Shown here one piece after another: positions 19,409-29,552 of a stretch of 64,000 bases of DNA (its first letter is position 1; each line of letters starts with the position of its first letter). The stretch is taken from the IMG/VR virus record IMGVR_UViG_3300028829_003504, positions 197,789-261,788 of that record; one strand, given 5' to 3'. The notes under the pieces are model-generated. The model was not told the origin of the DNA, ran no database searches, and saw only the letters and a list, made by a program, of their open reading frames with translations. The position numbers were made by a program, and so were the translations under genes.

Positions 19409-22400
19409 ATGAGTGGAATTAAGTATGCCCCTTTCGATTTTAAAATTTCATCTAAGTTCTCCGATGGAGACGACGATGGATATAGTTATATTGAACTGCC
19501 TAGGCATAGAAAGAAAGGAGCCCCTAAAGTAATGTTTGTTCTCGATCATGTTCCTACTGAGGATTTGGTGAGAGGCAAGTTACTTCAAGGCTTTACAGGC
19601 GAGACTCTTATGGCTATGTTTGACGTAGCGAGAGACGTTTACGGATGCAAAGTATCGGAGAGAGATTTAGATTGGCTGGGTTTTAATTTTAATGCCTTCA
19701 AGACGTATAATAAGTCCCAAGAGTTTATCGAAGAGTCAGAGGAGCTTTTCAAGAAAAGATTAAACTCCGCTATTGTTCAATATAAGCCTGATGTCGTGAT
19801 AACCTTTGGACCTAAGCCCTTTGCCGCGTTGAACAGTACTAAGCTACATTGGGCAAAAGGAAATGTCAGTAACTTCTTAGGCACTTCTATTAACACTAGT
19901 ATTAAGTACAAGGGTAAACGACATTCGTTCAAAAATGTCCCAACGTTGAGCTTAAATTCACTGCTTGGAGGCAAAAGCCAGTTCAATTTAGGGGTGTCTT
20001 CTTATCTTCTAGGGTATGTAACACGAAACCTGATTACAGGCATTGAAGGTAAGATGCGCTACAAAATACCTTCACTTTACCGTAAAGTAGGCGGTGTTAG
20101 AAAGCCTAAGTATAAAACGATTCTCACTGACACAGTAGGTAAGGTTAAGAAGTGTTTAGATCGAATGGCAAAAGCCAAAGTCGTTGCTATAGACACGGAG
20201 ACCGAAAACTTAGCGCGAATTGTGAATAACGTCCTAACGGTTCAAATGAGTGACGATGGCAAAAGTGCCTTTATCATTCCGATTCACCATAAAGACAGCC
20301 CGTTCACGACTAAAGAAAAGAAAATCGTTATTCGGATGCTTAGGGAATACTTTGAGTATGGTAATAACAATGACGTTCAAATCTATGTTAATGGTAAGTT
20401 CGATTTAAACATAATGCGGACTAACTTCAAAATCAAATACTACAAGTCAAACGTATGGGACTTGATTGCTGGCGAATATGTTCTTGATGAAAACATGAAG
20501 ATACTCACCACTATGACTGGCTACGGTTACTACAACTTAGGTAACATGGCAATGCAGTACGGTTGTACCGCGTTTCTTGAGAGTGATTTTGGTAAAGAGA
20601 ACCGAGCTACTATTAAAGATACGGATTTAGATAGACCTCTGTTGGAATATTGTGCGCTTGATGTTATTGTCCCTTTCCATATCTATAAGCAACAACTTAG
20701 GCGGGCTGAGGATGAAGGATATGATTACTATTACCAAATGGTCGCTAATCAAATCAGCGATCAGATTAATGTGTTTAGTACCCTTGAGTGTACCGGAGCC
20801 TTAGCAGATATCGAATACCTGTTCAGACTTAAACTACCTGACAGTCCTATTAACGTAGAACTCAAGAAAGCCGAAGATAGATTGTATAAGTCTAAAGCTG
20901 TAGCTAAAGCGAATGCAATTCTAGGCGCGGATAATAAAGTTCCGACTGAAGGTCTATGGGGGTCATTCAAAGCTACACTGTTTGACCTTACTAAATCCGA
21001 ACATAAGCAAGTACTGTTCTTCGATGTACTTGGATTAAAACCTTTGAAGTTAGGTAAGAACATACGACCTAACGGGGAGAAAGAAGGTGCTATAGGTAAA
21101 GACTTCCAGAAAGCATATAAGGAAGTTAAAGAAGTTTCTTGGTTTGATAAGATAACCAAAGTTAAGAAACTCCGTGACGCCTATGTAAAAAGCTTAATCA
21201 AACTTTGGGGTAGTGACGACGACCTCAAGACTGATAAACGAATCCGACCGACTTACAACTTTAGTAAGATCGTAACGGGTCGTACATCGGCTGAGAAGCC
21301 GAATCTACAGCAGATACCAAGCCGCTCAGAACTTGGTAAGCACATTAAACGATTGTTCATTGCAGGCAAAGGTAAGATACTTATCAAAGTGGATTACTCT
21401 GCACATGAAGTACGTTGTTGGTCAATCATATCTGGAGACCAAGCTGTTGCTGACGTATTCCAAGTAGGTGCCGACTTCCGTAACCGCTATAAGTTATTCC
21501 CAGATCCATTAATATGGAGAAAGATTGATTTAGAAGGTGATGTACATAAAATCAATGCTGCATACTTCTTTGGCGTTGACGTATCTGCCGTTACTAAGTT
21601 CTTACGTGACTCCGTTAAGACCGTAATATTCGGTTTGATATACGGACAAGGTGATAACGGTCTAGCTGCCGCTACCGATAACACGGTTGCTAAGATTGTT
21701 GAGTTAAAGAAACGATTCCTCGAACGATTCCCTGTTGGTGTTAAATGGTTCTCTAAAGTACATGACATAGTTAATAAGTACTTCTTCTGTGAATCACCTA
21801 TCGGCCGTCGCCGTCATCTTTGGGGCTTAGCTTTACCTAAGTCAGTTCCAAACTTAGATGGTATTAATGCAAGGTGCCTAAGGCAGTCTGTTAACTCATT
21901 AGTACAGGGTTTCGGTTCTGATTTAATGATGGTAGGTATCCGTAACGTTGACCGAATGAAGTATGAGCACTTCGAAGAAACTGGACATTATCCTGATATG
22001 GACCTATGTGTATCGGTGCACGATAGTTTAACAGTCGAAGTTGCCTACGAAGATTTCTGGTTAGCGTTAGATTTCATAGATAGAGGCTTAACCTCCGTAG
22101 TTGAAGATAAGATCAAAGAGCGTTATGGTTACAGCTTTGTATCTTCACCTGAAGTTGACTTTGATATTGGACCTACTGAGCGTGACGTTAAAGGTTGGGA
22201 TTTCTCGTTTGAGCAGATGAAGAAGCATGTACGTACCTCCCTTGAATTTCAGAATGAGGAATGGGACCACGAGATAGATATTGATGATGTCATGAATAAT
22301 ATCTTTGAGGAACAATACGATACAATGCCTGAGTTTATGAAGAAGCAACTTTGGGCCACACGTACCAAGATTGATTCTATGGGTGATACAGACCCTCGTT

Positions 22401-22579
22401 CTAAGAAAGAGAGAAAGCTTTCTAAGAAGTACCGTTCAGAACTTTCTGCAAACACACGCCAGTTCATTAAGGAAGAGCGTGAAGAGAAAGAACGTAAGAA
22501 AAAAGAAGAAGTTAAGAAACTTCGTAAAGCCGAGAAAGCTAAAGCCAAGAAAGATAAACGGGCTAAGGAAGCAGCGTGA
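19409..22579 (+). CDS. polA: family A DNA polymerase with 3'-5' exonuclease and N-terminal UDG-like domain
   Basis: ExoI IDTETE, ExoII NGKFD, ExoIII YCALD; motif A DYSAHE, motif B RDSVKTVIFGLIYG, motif C VHDSL; N-terminus KVMFVLD...G.LLQGFTG...KPDVVITFG. Confidence 0.95.
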   Translation: MSGIKYAPFDFKISSKFSDGDDDGYSYIELPRHRKKGAPKVMFVLDHVPTEDLVRGKLLQGFTGETLMAMFDVARDVYGCKVSERDLDWLGFNFNAFKTYNKSQEFIEESEELFKKRLNSAIVQYKPDVVITFGPKPFAALNSTKLHWAKGNVSNFLGTSINTSIKYKGKRHSFKNVPTLSLNSLLGGKSQFNLGVSSYLLGYVTRNLITGIEGKMRYKIPSLYRKVGGVRKPKYKTILTDTVGKVKKCLDRMAKAKVVAIDTETENLARIVNNVLTVQMSDDGKSAFIIPIHHKDSPFTTKEKKIVIRMLREYFEYGNNNDVQIYVNGKFDLNIMRTNFKIKYYKSNVWDLIAGEYVLDENMKILTTMTGYGYYNLGNMAMQYGCTAFLESDFGKENRATIKDTDLDRPLLEYCALDVIVPFHIYKQQLRRAEDEGYDYYYQMVANQISDQINVFSTLECTGALADIEYLFRLKLPDSPINVELKKAEDRLYKSKAVAKANAILGADNKVPTEGLWGSFKATLFDLTKSEHKQVLFFDVLGLKPLKLGKNIRPNGEKEGAIGKDFQKAYKEVKEVSWFDKITKVKKLRDAYVKSLIKLWGSDDDLKTDKRIRPTYNFSKIVTGRTSAEKPNLQQIPSRSELGKHIKRLFIAGKGKILIKVDYSAHEVRCWSIISGDQAVADVFQVGADFRNRYKLFPDPLIWRKIDLEGDVHKINAAYFFGVDVSAVTKFLRDSVKTVIFGLIYGQGDNGLAAATDNTVAKIVELKKRFLERFPVGVKWFSKVHDIVNKYFFCESPIGRRRHLWGLALPKSVPNLDGINARCLRQSVNSLVQGFGSDLMMVGIRNVDRMKYEHFEETGHYPDMDLCVSVHDSLTVEVAYEDFWLALDFIDRGLTSVVEDKIKERYGYSFVSSPEVDFDIGPTERDVKGWDFSFEQMKKHVRTSLEFQNEEWDHEIDIDDVMNNIFEEQYDTMPEFMKKQLWATRTKIDSMGDTDPRSKKERKLSKKYRSELSANTRQFIKEEREEKERKKKEEVKKLRKAEKAKAKKDKRAKEAA

Positions 22580-23496
22580 TGAAGATTAGATATGTAGGTA
22601 TATATGCCGCGCCTTATAAGTATGGACCTCTAGCCGGGCTCCCTACTATACATCTAGAATTATTTGGATGCAATCTTACCTGCTCCGCTATGAATAATCC
22701 TAAGAACGAAGACCTTATCTTTATTGACACTCAAGAAGGTAAAGCTGATAGGACTAGATTTACTGTTGGCTGTAGCCATAGATTTGCATGGGATACTGAT
22801 TATTTCCATGCTACTACTATGGGCGATGCGTACCACATAGCAGATGCAATACTTAAGCTTGTAGGACCTAAGGGCTTCTTCAACCGGAGTTCAGTAGTTC
22901 TAAGTATAGGTGGAGGCGAACCTTTACTACAGCAAGAAAGTATAGTCGAGATTCTTAAGGCCTTAGATAGACGATGCGCGGTAGCTAGACTAATTCCACC
23001 TTCTGTTGTTTCCATAGAAACCAACTCTACACAACATCTTAAGTCTAGTTTTAAATCCTATCTAACAAGATGGCGCGACCGTTACTCGGATATTGAGCAA
23101 GCTCAAAGGACGGTACACTTCTTGAATTCACCTAAGCTTTCCATATCGGGTGAGGATACGGACATGAGTATAATGCCTAGTATTATATTAGAGCAGTTTA
23201 CGTCGAACTTCGGCGTTAGTTTGGTATTCCCTACAAGATACAAGACCCAAGATTTCGACGATATTGTTTCTTACTTTGATGTGTGTAAGGAGTACATTAA
23301 AACTATGGGGACTACGTGGATTAATAGCGGTGACACTTCGGACTACATGACACGTCTTCTAAGTATCGTTCCTTACGTATTTCCCGTAGGTATTACACCT
23401 CCTACCGAGAAGGCACACGAGCACATGGCTATGCGATATGGCTTTATATATAACAGGAACTACCAAGTTAGCGAGGTGACAGATTGTCTGAGCTAA
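22576..23496 (+). CDS. QueE-like radical SAM protein
   Basis: LFGCNLTC...GCS split Cys motif, GGGEPLLQ, SIETN, SPKL. Confidence 0.7.
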   Translation: MMKIRYVGIYAAPYKYGPLAGLPTIHLELFGCNLTCSAMNNPKNEDLIFIDTQEGKADRTRFTVGCSHRFAWDTDYFHATTMGDAYHIADAILKLVGPKGFFNRSSVVLSIGGGEPLLQQESIVEILKALDRRCAVARLIPPSVVSIETNSTQHLKSSFKSYLTRWRDRYSDIEQAQRTVHFLNSPKLSISGEDTDMSIMPSIILEQFTSNFGVSLVFPTRYKTQDFDDIVSYFDVCKEYIKTMGTTWINSGDTSDYMTRLLSIVPYVFPVGITPPTEKAHEHMAMRYGFIYNRNYQVSEVTDCLS

Positions 23497-23852
23497 AAAT
23501 AAAAGAAGGCATGGCAGAAAGATTAAGTCAATTGCTTCTCTTAGACCCACTGAACACCGTGTCTATGGTACGTCAACTTAGTATGTTTAGCTTTGACGTG
23601 GCTATGCACCCTATCGAAACAACACCATTGAATGCTCGGATTCTGATTTCAGATTCCCTCGGCATCATCAATGGACTTGTAGGCGATAATAAATACCAGA
23701 TAGTTGCCGTATACAATAAACAAGGTTCTATTGCTTGCTTCGAAGTTAAGCCTACGGATCGTACTAAGATAGCAACTGTAAAACAACTAGAAGAACTACA
23801 AAAACGCAAAGAGGTTGATGATGGCATTAAAGCCCTTGAAGATACAGAATAA
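23484..23852 (+). CDS. hypothetical protein
   Basis: 122 aa, TTG start after GAGG. Confidence 0.6.
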   Translation: MSELKIKEGMAERLSQLLLLDPLNTVSMVRQLSMFSFDVAMHPIETTPLNARILISDSLGIINGLVGDNKYQIVAVYNKQGSIACFEVKPTDRTKIATVKQLEELQKRKEVDDGIKALEDTE

Positions 23853-25005
23853 AGGCAGCGGTTTCTCGTTCACGGTCCACGCTAAGAAGATGGTGGAGAA
23901 GATCCAACGTATAATGGAAGTGACAGGCTACAGTAGTAAATCCGATGTAGGTCGTTTCCATTTAATCGTTAGTGACGGCGAAAGTGCTTACGTGGTAGGA
24001 TATAGCGACGAGACTCATGGAGTTCTTGAGTTACCTGACGTTGAAGTTGAAGGTAAGGGTTCATTTATTATATCCGAGCCGGAGGTATTCGTTAAGTTAA
24101 TGAAAACCCGGGAGGCTATGTCGTTCGCTTACAATGGCGGTAGCTTAAACTATAAAGCGGTTAAAGGTAAGTTTACAGGTGACGTAAATACGGTTAAGAT
24201 TGCTGATGATCAGGTCATTCGTGTTAACTCCATGTTTAAAGGTGTGGACGGCGGTAGTAAGTTAAGCCCTGAACTTATGATAAAGATACGTGAAGGTGTC
24301 AAGCGTACTCGTATCAATGACCTATATCAAAACAAAATAGTTTTAAGCTGTGTTCGTTTCTCTGATAATGTACTGACAGTTAGTACTGCGGATGAACTAC
24401 ACCTAGCCCACTACGAAGCTAAGTTGAAAGTTAAAGATAGGCCATTTCAGTTGGCTCTACCTGCTCAGTTGTTTACTACCGTTGACAAGTTCACAGGCGA
24501 TACGGAATCAAACTTCTCAATGACCAGTAAAGGTTTTGCGGTATACGGAGATGATTACCTGATCGGATTCCCTCCTCTACAGGCTGATGACGAGTTGTAC
24601 CGTAAAGTACCTATGTATATTGCAGCGCTGGATAAACCTGTTTGCATGTTTGAGACAGGAGCCAAGTTAATTGAGACACAGAAGAGCATTAGCTCTCTTG
24701 CCCACAAAGGTAGCCGATACATATTCAACATCGTTAAAAAAGGTCTCGTTAAGATTAGTTTGAAGACTGATAGCGGTAGTGGTAGCGATTCATTTAAAGT
24801 ATCAAACCTAAAAATGAAAGCCTCTAAGCTTGAAATTCGAATCGATCCAATTATATTTGAAGATTTAATTACTTTGGCTGATAAAGATTGTATACCCATG
24901 TCTCTTTACACACGTAAAGGTGGACTTGATGTTAAAATGTATACCGTGAAAGCAACCCCTAGTAAAGGCTCTAAATTAACTCTTATGGGAAGTGTGAGTC
25001 AGTAA
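23815..25005 (+). CDS. putative sliding clamp (DnaN/beta-like)
   Basis: About 390 aa with a repeated beta-alpha-beta pattern; LTVSTADELHL resembles DnaN VATDGHRL; in replication cluster. Confidence 0.55.
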   Translation: MMMALKPLKIQNKGSGFSFTVHAKKMVEKIQRIMEVTGYSSKSDVGRFHLIVSDGESAYVVGYSDETHGVLELPDVEVEGKGSFIISEPEVFVKLMKTREAMSFAYNGGSLNYKAVKGKFTGDVNTVKIADDQVIRVNSMFKGVDGGSKLSPELMIKIREGVKRTRINDLYQNKIVLSCVRFSDNVLTVSTADELHLAHYEAKLKVKDRPFQLALPAQLFTTVDKFTGDTESNFSMTSKGFAVYGDDYLIGFPPLQADDELYRKVPMYIAALDKPVCMFETGAKLIETQKSISSLAHKGSRYIFNIVKKGLVKISLKTDSGSGSDSFKVSNLKMKASKLEIRIDPIIFEDLITLADKDCIPMSLYTRKGGLDVKMYTVKATPSKGSKLTLMGSVSQ

Positions 25006-25475
25006 TGGAACTGCCTAATAGTATATCCCCAATACGAAACTTAGGTAAGAGTTTTGCCGTTAATGGTGACATGGTCGCATTAGATACATTTACTGCTCTA
25101 GGTAAGGCTACTAAAGGAAGATACCATATAGTATTATTCCATAGGGATACTCTAGACTGGAGAGACCTAAAGGTTGATGTGGAGTCAGAGATAGCCCATA
25201 GTGGATCATTGACCCAGTACTTAATAAAATCAATTGAAGGGGTATACATAGGCAGTCTACTAGTAGTTAACCCTAGACTATGCCTATACGCGCCCTACAG
25301 AGTATCAATTAAGGACAAAGATACGGCCACCGAATTTAACTGTAAAGGTGAAGGCGGTACGGGCGGCGTATTGGTATACAACGACGACTCTAGTAATTCT
25401 GTGGCAATAGCACTGAGTACGAAACGTAACTCATTCTTAGTAACCGTAGGTAATGAAAGTCGTGGAGATTCATAA
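25005..25475 (+). CDS. hypothetical protein
   Basis: 156 aa, TAATG coupled. Confidence 0.65.
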   Translation: MELPNSISPIRNLGKSFAVNGDMVALDTFTALGKATKGRYHIVLFHRDTLDWRDLKVDVESEIAHSGSLTQYLIKSIEGVYIGSLLVVNPRLCLYAPYRVSIKDKDTATEFNCKGEGGTGGVLVYNDDSSNSVAIALSTKRNSFLVTVGNESRGDS

Positions 25476-26020
25476 TGGCTAGCAAAGAAGAAATATCCAG
25501 AGTTAGAAGAAAGATAAAGAAAGATAAACGGTACAAGCAGATGGATGCGGCGCTTGAGCTGAATCGGGACAAGATACAAACAAAGGCTTGGCGAAACGAG
25601 ATGAAAGTAAATCATCAGACTCGCTCCGTAGGCAAGCTTCGTGTTAAAGACCCGAACTTCTTTAAGAAGATGGCTAAGGCTTGTGCCTTCGAAGTAGCTG
25701 CACGTTCCCGTCTTGCCGAAATGGCCGTTGTGTGTTCTGAGATAGAGCGCTCGTTGAAGTCGCACTTAGACCATTTTAGCGACTACGTAATGTTAACATA
25801 CAGCGCCGACTTAAAACTGTTTAGTACAATTAAAGAGCGAACCAAACTTATCGATACCATCCTTAGGGATTTTCATACGTACCTCGATGATATTACGTCA
25901 TTACGTACACAGATTTATATCTACATTGAAGATATTGATAAGACAGGTTACGCAGTTAAAAATATGGTTAGTGTCTTCGAAGTTGTTATACGCAACGAAG
26001 GCCGCATCAACATGAAATAG
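25475..26020 (+). CDS. hypothetical helical protein
   Basis: 181 aa, GGAG RBS, TAATG coupled. Confidence 0.65.
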   Translation: MASKEEISRVRRKIKKDKRYKQMDAALELNRDKIQTKAWRNEMKVNHQTRSVGKLRVKDPNFFKKMAKACAFEVAARSRLAEMAVVCSEIERSLKSHLDHFSDYVMLTYSADLKLFSTIKERTKLIDTILRDFHTYLDDITSLRTQIYIYIEDIDKTGYAVKNMVSVFEVVIRNEGRINMK

Positions 26021-26028
26021 GAAACGTT

Positions 26029-26712
26029 ATGCTACAATATCCGAAGAATACAAATCGTCCAGAAGTATTTGAACACCAACAGAAAGAAATTAATGGTATT
26101 ACGGCAATGCGTACAGGTATTGCAGAATGCAATCCACACTCAGGTAAAACTAGGTCAGGCAGTGTGACTGGAGCTAAAGTAGAAAATCCATTGCACAAGG
26201 CGGGCCGCAAGTTGATAGACACTCTCGTGGCGCACCACGGTAAAGAAGGCGCACAGCGAATACTTACCCAACGCATTAAAGAATCTAAAGCAAAACAGTT
26301 GATGGAATCTGTTACACTTATTGCTAAGGTAGTACGTACCTTTGCTCCGCCTACCCCTCAGCAAGTTATCGACTTTGAATTACATCAAAAGGTTGTTCGC
26401 TATTTGCAGCACTACCAAGTACAGCAAAGAATACGTGAACGTAGAATCGAACGTGCCGATGCTGCCGTGCAAGATGTTTCAGATGCTTTTGTACCTACCA
26501 ACGAGCAGCTATCCCACTTAAAGGATATGGTTTCTAGCGGCAGACCTCGTGGTATGGCTACCTCAATGGTTCATATGGACACGGTGGGTTTTCAGAATGG
26601 CAATGCTTCCTCCGATATAGATGATGATTATGGAAGCAATGCAGGTACTAACAGCGATGACCTTGACGATGAAGAAGCTGCCTCCGATATAACGTATGCG
26701 CTAAAAGTGTAA
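26029..26712 (+). CDS. hypothetical protein with acidic C-terminus
   Basis: 227 aa, AGGA RBS. Confidence 0.65.
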   Translation: MLQYPKNTNRPEVFEHQQKEINGITAMRTGIAECNPHSGKTRSGSVTGAKVENPLHKAGRKLIDTLVAHHGKEGAQRILTQRIKESKAKQLMESVTLIAKVVRTFAPPTPQQVIDFELHQKVVRYLQHYQVQQRIRERRIERADAAVQDVSDAFVPTNEQLSHLKDMVSSGRPRGMATSMVHMDTVGFQNGNASSDIDDDYGSNAGTNSDDLDDEEAASDITYALKV

Positions 26713-26846
26713 TTTAGTTCCTAAAATATTGTAGGTTCATTACGATTATTCAAATTTACTGATAGTGATACGCACTTAATCCCGTCCAATGATAGACTGT
26801 GGCCTATAGTGTAAATGCAAGTAACGTAGAATAACCCGGGAGTATA

Positions 26847-28526
26847 ATGGCTAAAATCATTCTTCGTGAAGGTATCTTCATACCCACGAAATTTATAGAT
26901 GAAGAAGAGGCCGTTGAAGCCTACACTAATCACATGTATGAGGAAAGTATTTGTAAGAATTGCGAATACAGGCATCAACGCCATTCTTCCGTATGCGACG
27001 AGTGCGAGCATGGCGGATATAAAGGTAGTATATGTACGGCCAAAGAAGTTAGGAGACAAGGCAAATCATTCTACAAGTTCCCTATCGGTGATAGGCTGAA
27101 TCTTGAAAAGAAAGTAGGCATTGACTTCGAAGACTTCACAATAAAAGATTTACGTTCACAGCCTAAATTCAAGCATAAGGTTAAGTTTACAGCCGAACTT
27201 CGTGATTACCAAGAACCAGTGTTCTCTAACTGGCTAAAGTTCGGCTACGGACTTACAAAGTCTGCACCCCGCACAGGCAAAACCGTTATGGGAACTGCCG
27301 GAGGTATTGCCCTAGGATGTAGAGTACTGATAGTAGCCGATCAGAAAGACTTCTTAGATGGTTTCTACGAGACTATCATGGGTGGTGATAACAATCCTCC
27401 TATGACTAACTTACCTGAGCTTGAAGAGAAAGCAGGTAAACCTCTTTGCGGCTTTCTCAAGAAAGAATCAGACTTCAAGAACTTTGAGATAGGCCTATGT
27501 ACTATTCAGAGTTTCTATGCAGGTACTTCGGGCGCTAAACGAGTTAAGTGGGCGAATGAAAACTTCGGTACGTTAATTATAGATGAAGTACACCGCGGTA
27601 ATGCCAGTGAGTTCTCCCGTACTATATCAAAGTTAGCCATGCGTTATAAGTTTGGGCTTACGGCCACACCTAAACGTAAAGATCGTAAGGAGTTTTTAAT
27701 TGAACAATTAGTAGGTCCTGTCACCGCTGAGACTTCGGTTAAAGCCATGAGTCCTAAGCTTTATATCTATGAGACTGAGGGTGTAAAGAGTAAGAGTGCT
27801 TACTCTGGTCCTGCGGGCTTCGTTTATTGTGAAAACTTTTTAAGTGGTCATGAGAAACGAAACGAACAAATTATGTCATGTGTTATGCGAGATGTCAAAG
27901 CAGGGCGAAGTGTTGTAGTAGCCTTGAAGCGTAAGAACCATATTCTTGATTTTGTAGCTGAGTTGAATCTTAGAGCAGGGAAAGAGATTGCGGCAGAGTT
28001 TGTCGGTGGTGCTAAGTCCAAGAACAGACGTAAAGATGTTGTAGGCCTCGCACGTTCAGGTAAGATTAAAGTTGTGGTCGGATACAGACCGCTACTTCAA
28101 TTAGGTATTAATATACCTCGTTGGGACACACTATACTATTGTATGCCTATGGCGAATGAACCTAACTGGGAACAAGAGTCCAATCGAGTATGTACTCCAA
28201 TGCCCGGCAAGAAGCAACCTATAGTTAGAATGTTTGTTGACCCAGACATAGGACTTAGTATTGGCTGCTTTAGAAAGACAGTCGGCTTTAGTAAAAATCT
28301 GGGACATAAGTTCAGTAAGCAGGCAATAAAGAAACTAAAAGGTCTAATGGCTGGTAGCCGTGACGCCTATAAGTTTAATGACATGTCACACATAGAACAA
28401 GGCGTTGATACTAAACTAACATACGGTAGAAAGAAACAAGGTGATGGTGATTTACCTTATGAAGGCTTAGGCGTCTCTACTAAGTCTATAGGTAATGTAG
28501 GCGGCAGACGCTTCGGGAGAAAATAA
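26847..28526 (+). CDS. SF2 DExH helicase (UvsW/XPB-like) with N-terminal Zn-binding motif
   Basis: CxxC...CxxC, Walker A APRTGKT, IDEVH, LTAT, LQLGINIP. Confidence 0.9.
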   Translation: MAKIILREGIFIPTKFIDEEEAVEAYTNHMYEESICKNCEYRHQRHSSVCDECEHGGYKGSICTAKEVRRQGKSFYKFPIGDRLNLEKKVGIDFEDFTIKDLRSQPKFKHKVKFTAELRDYQEPVFSNWLKFGYGLTKSAPRTGKTVMGTAGGIALGCRVLIVADQKDFLDGFYETIMGGDNNPPMTNLPELEEKAGKPLCGFLKKESDFKNFEIGLCTIQSFYAGTSGAKRVKWANENFGTLIIDEVHRGNASEFSRTISKLAMRYKFGLTATPKRKDRKEFLIEQLVGPVTAETSVKAMSPKLYIYETEGVKSKSAYSGPAGFVYCENFLSGHEKRNEQIMSCVMRDVKAGRSVVVALKRKNHILDFVAELNLRAGKEIAAEFVGGAKSKNRRKDVVGLARSGKIKVVVGYRPLLQLGINIPRWDTLYYCMPMANEPNWEQESNRVCTPMPGKKQPIVRMFVDPDIGLSIGCFRKTVGFSKNLGHKFSKQAIKKLKGLMAGSRDAYKFNDMSHIEQGVDTKLTYGRKKQGDGDLPYEGLGVSTKSIGNVGGRRFGRK

Positions 28527-28702
28527 TGTACAGATTAATTCAAGTAGTGTGCCTAGGCCTCTCAATCGTAGCCGCAATTTTAGCTTTAGACCCGGGCATA
28601 CTACCCTACCAGTTGTCTACTATTATGGGTCTAGTGACGTTCCTTCTACTAATAAATTTATTGATGGATAGATATGGCAGAAAAACAACAAAGTGGCAAT
28701 GA
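28526..28702 (+). CDS. small two-TM membrane protein (absent from ORF track)
   Basis: TAATG-coupled; MYRLIQVVCLGLSIVAAILALDPGILPYQLSTIMGLVTFLLLINLLMDRYGRKTTKWQ (58 aa). Confidence 0.6.
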   Translation: MYRLIQVVCLGLSIVAAILALDPGILPYQLSTIMGLVTFLLLINLLMDRYGRKTTKWQ

Positions 28703-29336
28703 GATTGACTTAATTAACACTAAGTTCAATTCCGATACGTTAAAGCGTATGAAGACTCACGGTCTGGATAGATCGGTACTAGGGGGACGGAATAGTTTCC
28801 GCTTGGAGGATGCTATCATAGCTTTCAAGCCTAAGTTTGAAGCTATGAAGACTTCCCAGATTTCATCAAGTAAGCAACAAACTTCACTTGAGAAGATTTT
28901 CGACAATCCTCTTAAGGGGAGCGGCTTAACTGTCATCACTAGTTATCCTACAGACACTAGGAGTAAAATGCTTGCTGCAAATATATTCGCCGCAGCTATT
29001 GAGGAGTATGATGGTATGTCAGCCAGGTCCAAGATAGGCAAAGCATCTCCTGTATGGCATAGACTTACAGGAAGTTACCAAGACCCCTATCGTGACGGCA
29101 AAAAAGACAAACCTTCAATGTTGATAATGTCTAACATCGTGGAGACCTCCTCACATGTTAAGTTAGAGAAGCTTAGGGACTTGCTTGAGATTTATAGTGA
29201 TATACCTAGGATAGTGGTAATGGGTAGTACAATGGACCCTGTTACTTTTATCGGCACTAAGCTGTATTGCTCAGTGGACAATGCTATTTACTTAACTGGA
29301 CAGAACGTGGTACAAAAGACCTTACTGGATTTATAA
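28674..29336 (+). CDS. hypothetical protein, possibly a degenerate DnaC/IstB-like P-loop fold
   Basis: GSGLTVITSYPTDTRSKMLA and KPSMLIMSNI fall where Walker A and B would be but lack the canonical residues. Confidence 0.4.
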   Translation: MAEKQQSGNEIDLINTKFNSDTLKRMKTHGLDRSVLGGRNSFRLEDAIIAFKPKFEAMKTSQISSSKQQTSLEKIFDNPLKGSGLTVITSYPTDTRSKMLAANIFAAAIEEYDGMSARSKIGKASPVWHRLTGSYQDPYRDGKKDKPSMLIMSNIVETSSHVKLEKLRDLLEIYSDIPRIVVMGSTMDPVTFIGTKLYCSVDNAIYLTGQNVVQKTLLDL

Positions 29337-29396
29337 TGAATACTATATTCTATGTAGGCACTTTGATTTAAAATATAAAGCAAGGAAAAATCTCGG

Positions 29397-29552
29397 ATGG
29401 AAGTTGAATCTATTCTTTACCAACCACATAGAACCTTAGAAGCGCTTGAGGAAGCTAGTTCTAGTTTTCAATTTGAGGACGTACATAGAACTCGTAAAGC
29501 TCGATTGAAAAGAAGTAAAGCCAGAGCTAAGCGTAAGCGAAGGAGTAGGTAA
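29397..29552 (+). CDS. small basic protein (absent from ORF track)
   Basis: 51 aa ending RLKRSKARAKRKRRSR; AAGGA upstream; TAATG coupling to next gene. Confidence 0.55.
   Translation: MEVESILYQPHRTLEALEEASSSFQFEDVHRTRKARLKRSKARAKRKRRSR

Noticed and set aside
25475-26020. UvsY-like recombination mediator call
   Set aside because: Only position near a UvsW-like helicase and helical character support it; no recognisable motif
12053-28526. Inteins or introns in SNF2, polA or the helicase
   Set aside because: No intein-type N-terminal C/S block with C-terminal HN, no LAGLIDADG motif noticed, and the ORFs are uninterrupted with all core motifs in order
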